Origin: Callorhinchus milii
Taxonomy: Eukaryota
DNA: 64,000 bases
Assembly: GCF_018977255.1 (NCBI RefSeq)
Contig: NW_024704742.1
Coordinates: 135,968,001 to 136,032,000 of the forward strand
Direction: 5' to 3'
Shown: positions 63,088 to 64,000 of the stretch, one piece after another
How positions within the stretch are numbered: the stretch's first letter is position 1
Layout of the letters: each line of letters opens with the position of its first letter
Program-made: the position numbers and the translations under genes
Notes under the pieces: model-generated
What the model was told of the DNA's origin: nothing
Database searches by the model: none
What the model saw: only the letters and a program-made list of their open reading frames with translations

Positions 63088-63440
63088 AGGAGTAGCATAG
63101 TGGTTAGCACGCTCGCCTCGCAAGCGAGAGGACCCGGGATCGATTCCCGGGTGCGGCGAAACCTCAGGCAAGTTTCCTTACTCCACACGCCTCTGCGTAC
63201 CTAGCAGCAGGTCGGAACGAGGTTGTTAAGTCGATTGATAGGGGTTATAATACCTCCCAAAAAAATGTGGTCACTCAATGCACAACTGTTTGTGGGACAC
63301 TGCTGTCCGCAATTCGCTGCTGCGTTTGCCCCACAAAATAGTGAACCCACTTAACAGTACATTCTTGCAAAGTGCGATGAGAAGTCTCAACGACGTGTTA
63401 AGGTGCTATTTCAAACGCAAGGATTATTGTTATATTATTA
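63088..63440 (+). mobile_element. Full-length tRNA-headed SINE
   Basis: Head, body, core, tail. Confidence 0.88.
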
Positions 63441-63585
63441 TAAGTGAGAGCCCCTTGGAACTGAACTGGATTCACAGTGACGTGCTTGGCAAGAGAATGT
63501 CGGATTCGAGTCAACCCTCTGCTGTAATCAGTAAATCTGGTTCCTGAGCAATTGTTAATCGACGGCACTGCAGGGAACTGCTGAT

Positions 63586-63850
63586 GACAACAACAAAATT
63601 ACACGTGTATAGCGCCTTTCACGTGGGGACAATATTCCAAGGCACTGGACAGTATTTCGGACCAGAGCCTGGAGGTTGGGATTGGGGAGGGTGAGGCAGG
63701 GGGGGAAGGAGGGTGAACGAAGCACGATCGAAAAGGAGGGTCTTGAGATGGGTCTTGAACGCAAGGTAGAGGACGATGTGTAGGGACTCTGGGATGGAAT
63801 TCCAAAGGGTGGGGGCAGAGTGGCTGAAGGCCCGCCCACTAATGGCCAAT
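63586..63850 (-). mobile_element. L2 LINE 3' fragment
   Basis: GRAFSHSAPTLWNSIPESL...FKTHLKTLLF; (TTG)n tail. Confidence 0.86.
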
Positions 63851-64000
63851 GGCGAAATTGACTCATCCTACAGCAAAACATATAGCTTAACCTCCTTTAA
63901 AGTATTAAATACAACATTTCAGAGCAAATACAATAATAATGGCGATGTACGATTCCAATATCCTATGTAATATTAAATGTAAAATGTTTACAGTGATCAA

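Overview
Repeat-rich vertebrate genomic DNA. The SINE/L2/CR1/Penelope repertoire suggests a cartilaginous fish, probably a holocephalan such as Callorhinchus (inference). The whole window lies inside one minus-strand gene, the netrin receptor DCC. Four internal coding exons are visible (47632-47916, 40196-40346, 37130-37266, 2118-2272; 285/151/137/155 nt, all AG..GT), and they splice in frame to encode Ig2, Ig3 and the first half of Ig4. The introns hold roughly 40 copies or fragments of a tRNA-headed, Deu-core-like, L2-tailed SINE, many L2 and CR1 fragments, one Penelope-like insertion with inverted arms, two minisatellites, and at least one dispersed repeat I cannot name. Nearly all other ORFs in the track are repeat-derived or spurious. 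I see no clear new protein-coding system. The best leads are structural: (i) near-identical young L2 copies in inverted orientation around the symmetric 288-nt exon 4-5 (Ig3) cassette, whose back-spliced circle would be a stop-free ORF with a single AUG; (ii) a ~220-bp inverted repeat of otherwise unique intronic sequence; (iii) a young SINE subfamily whose 3' stem-loop matches the young L2; (iv) a shared hairpin directly upstream of two SINE heads. Repeat boundaries were read by eye and are approximate.
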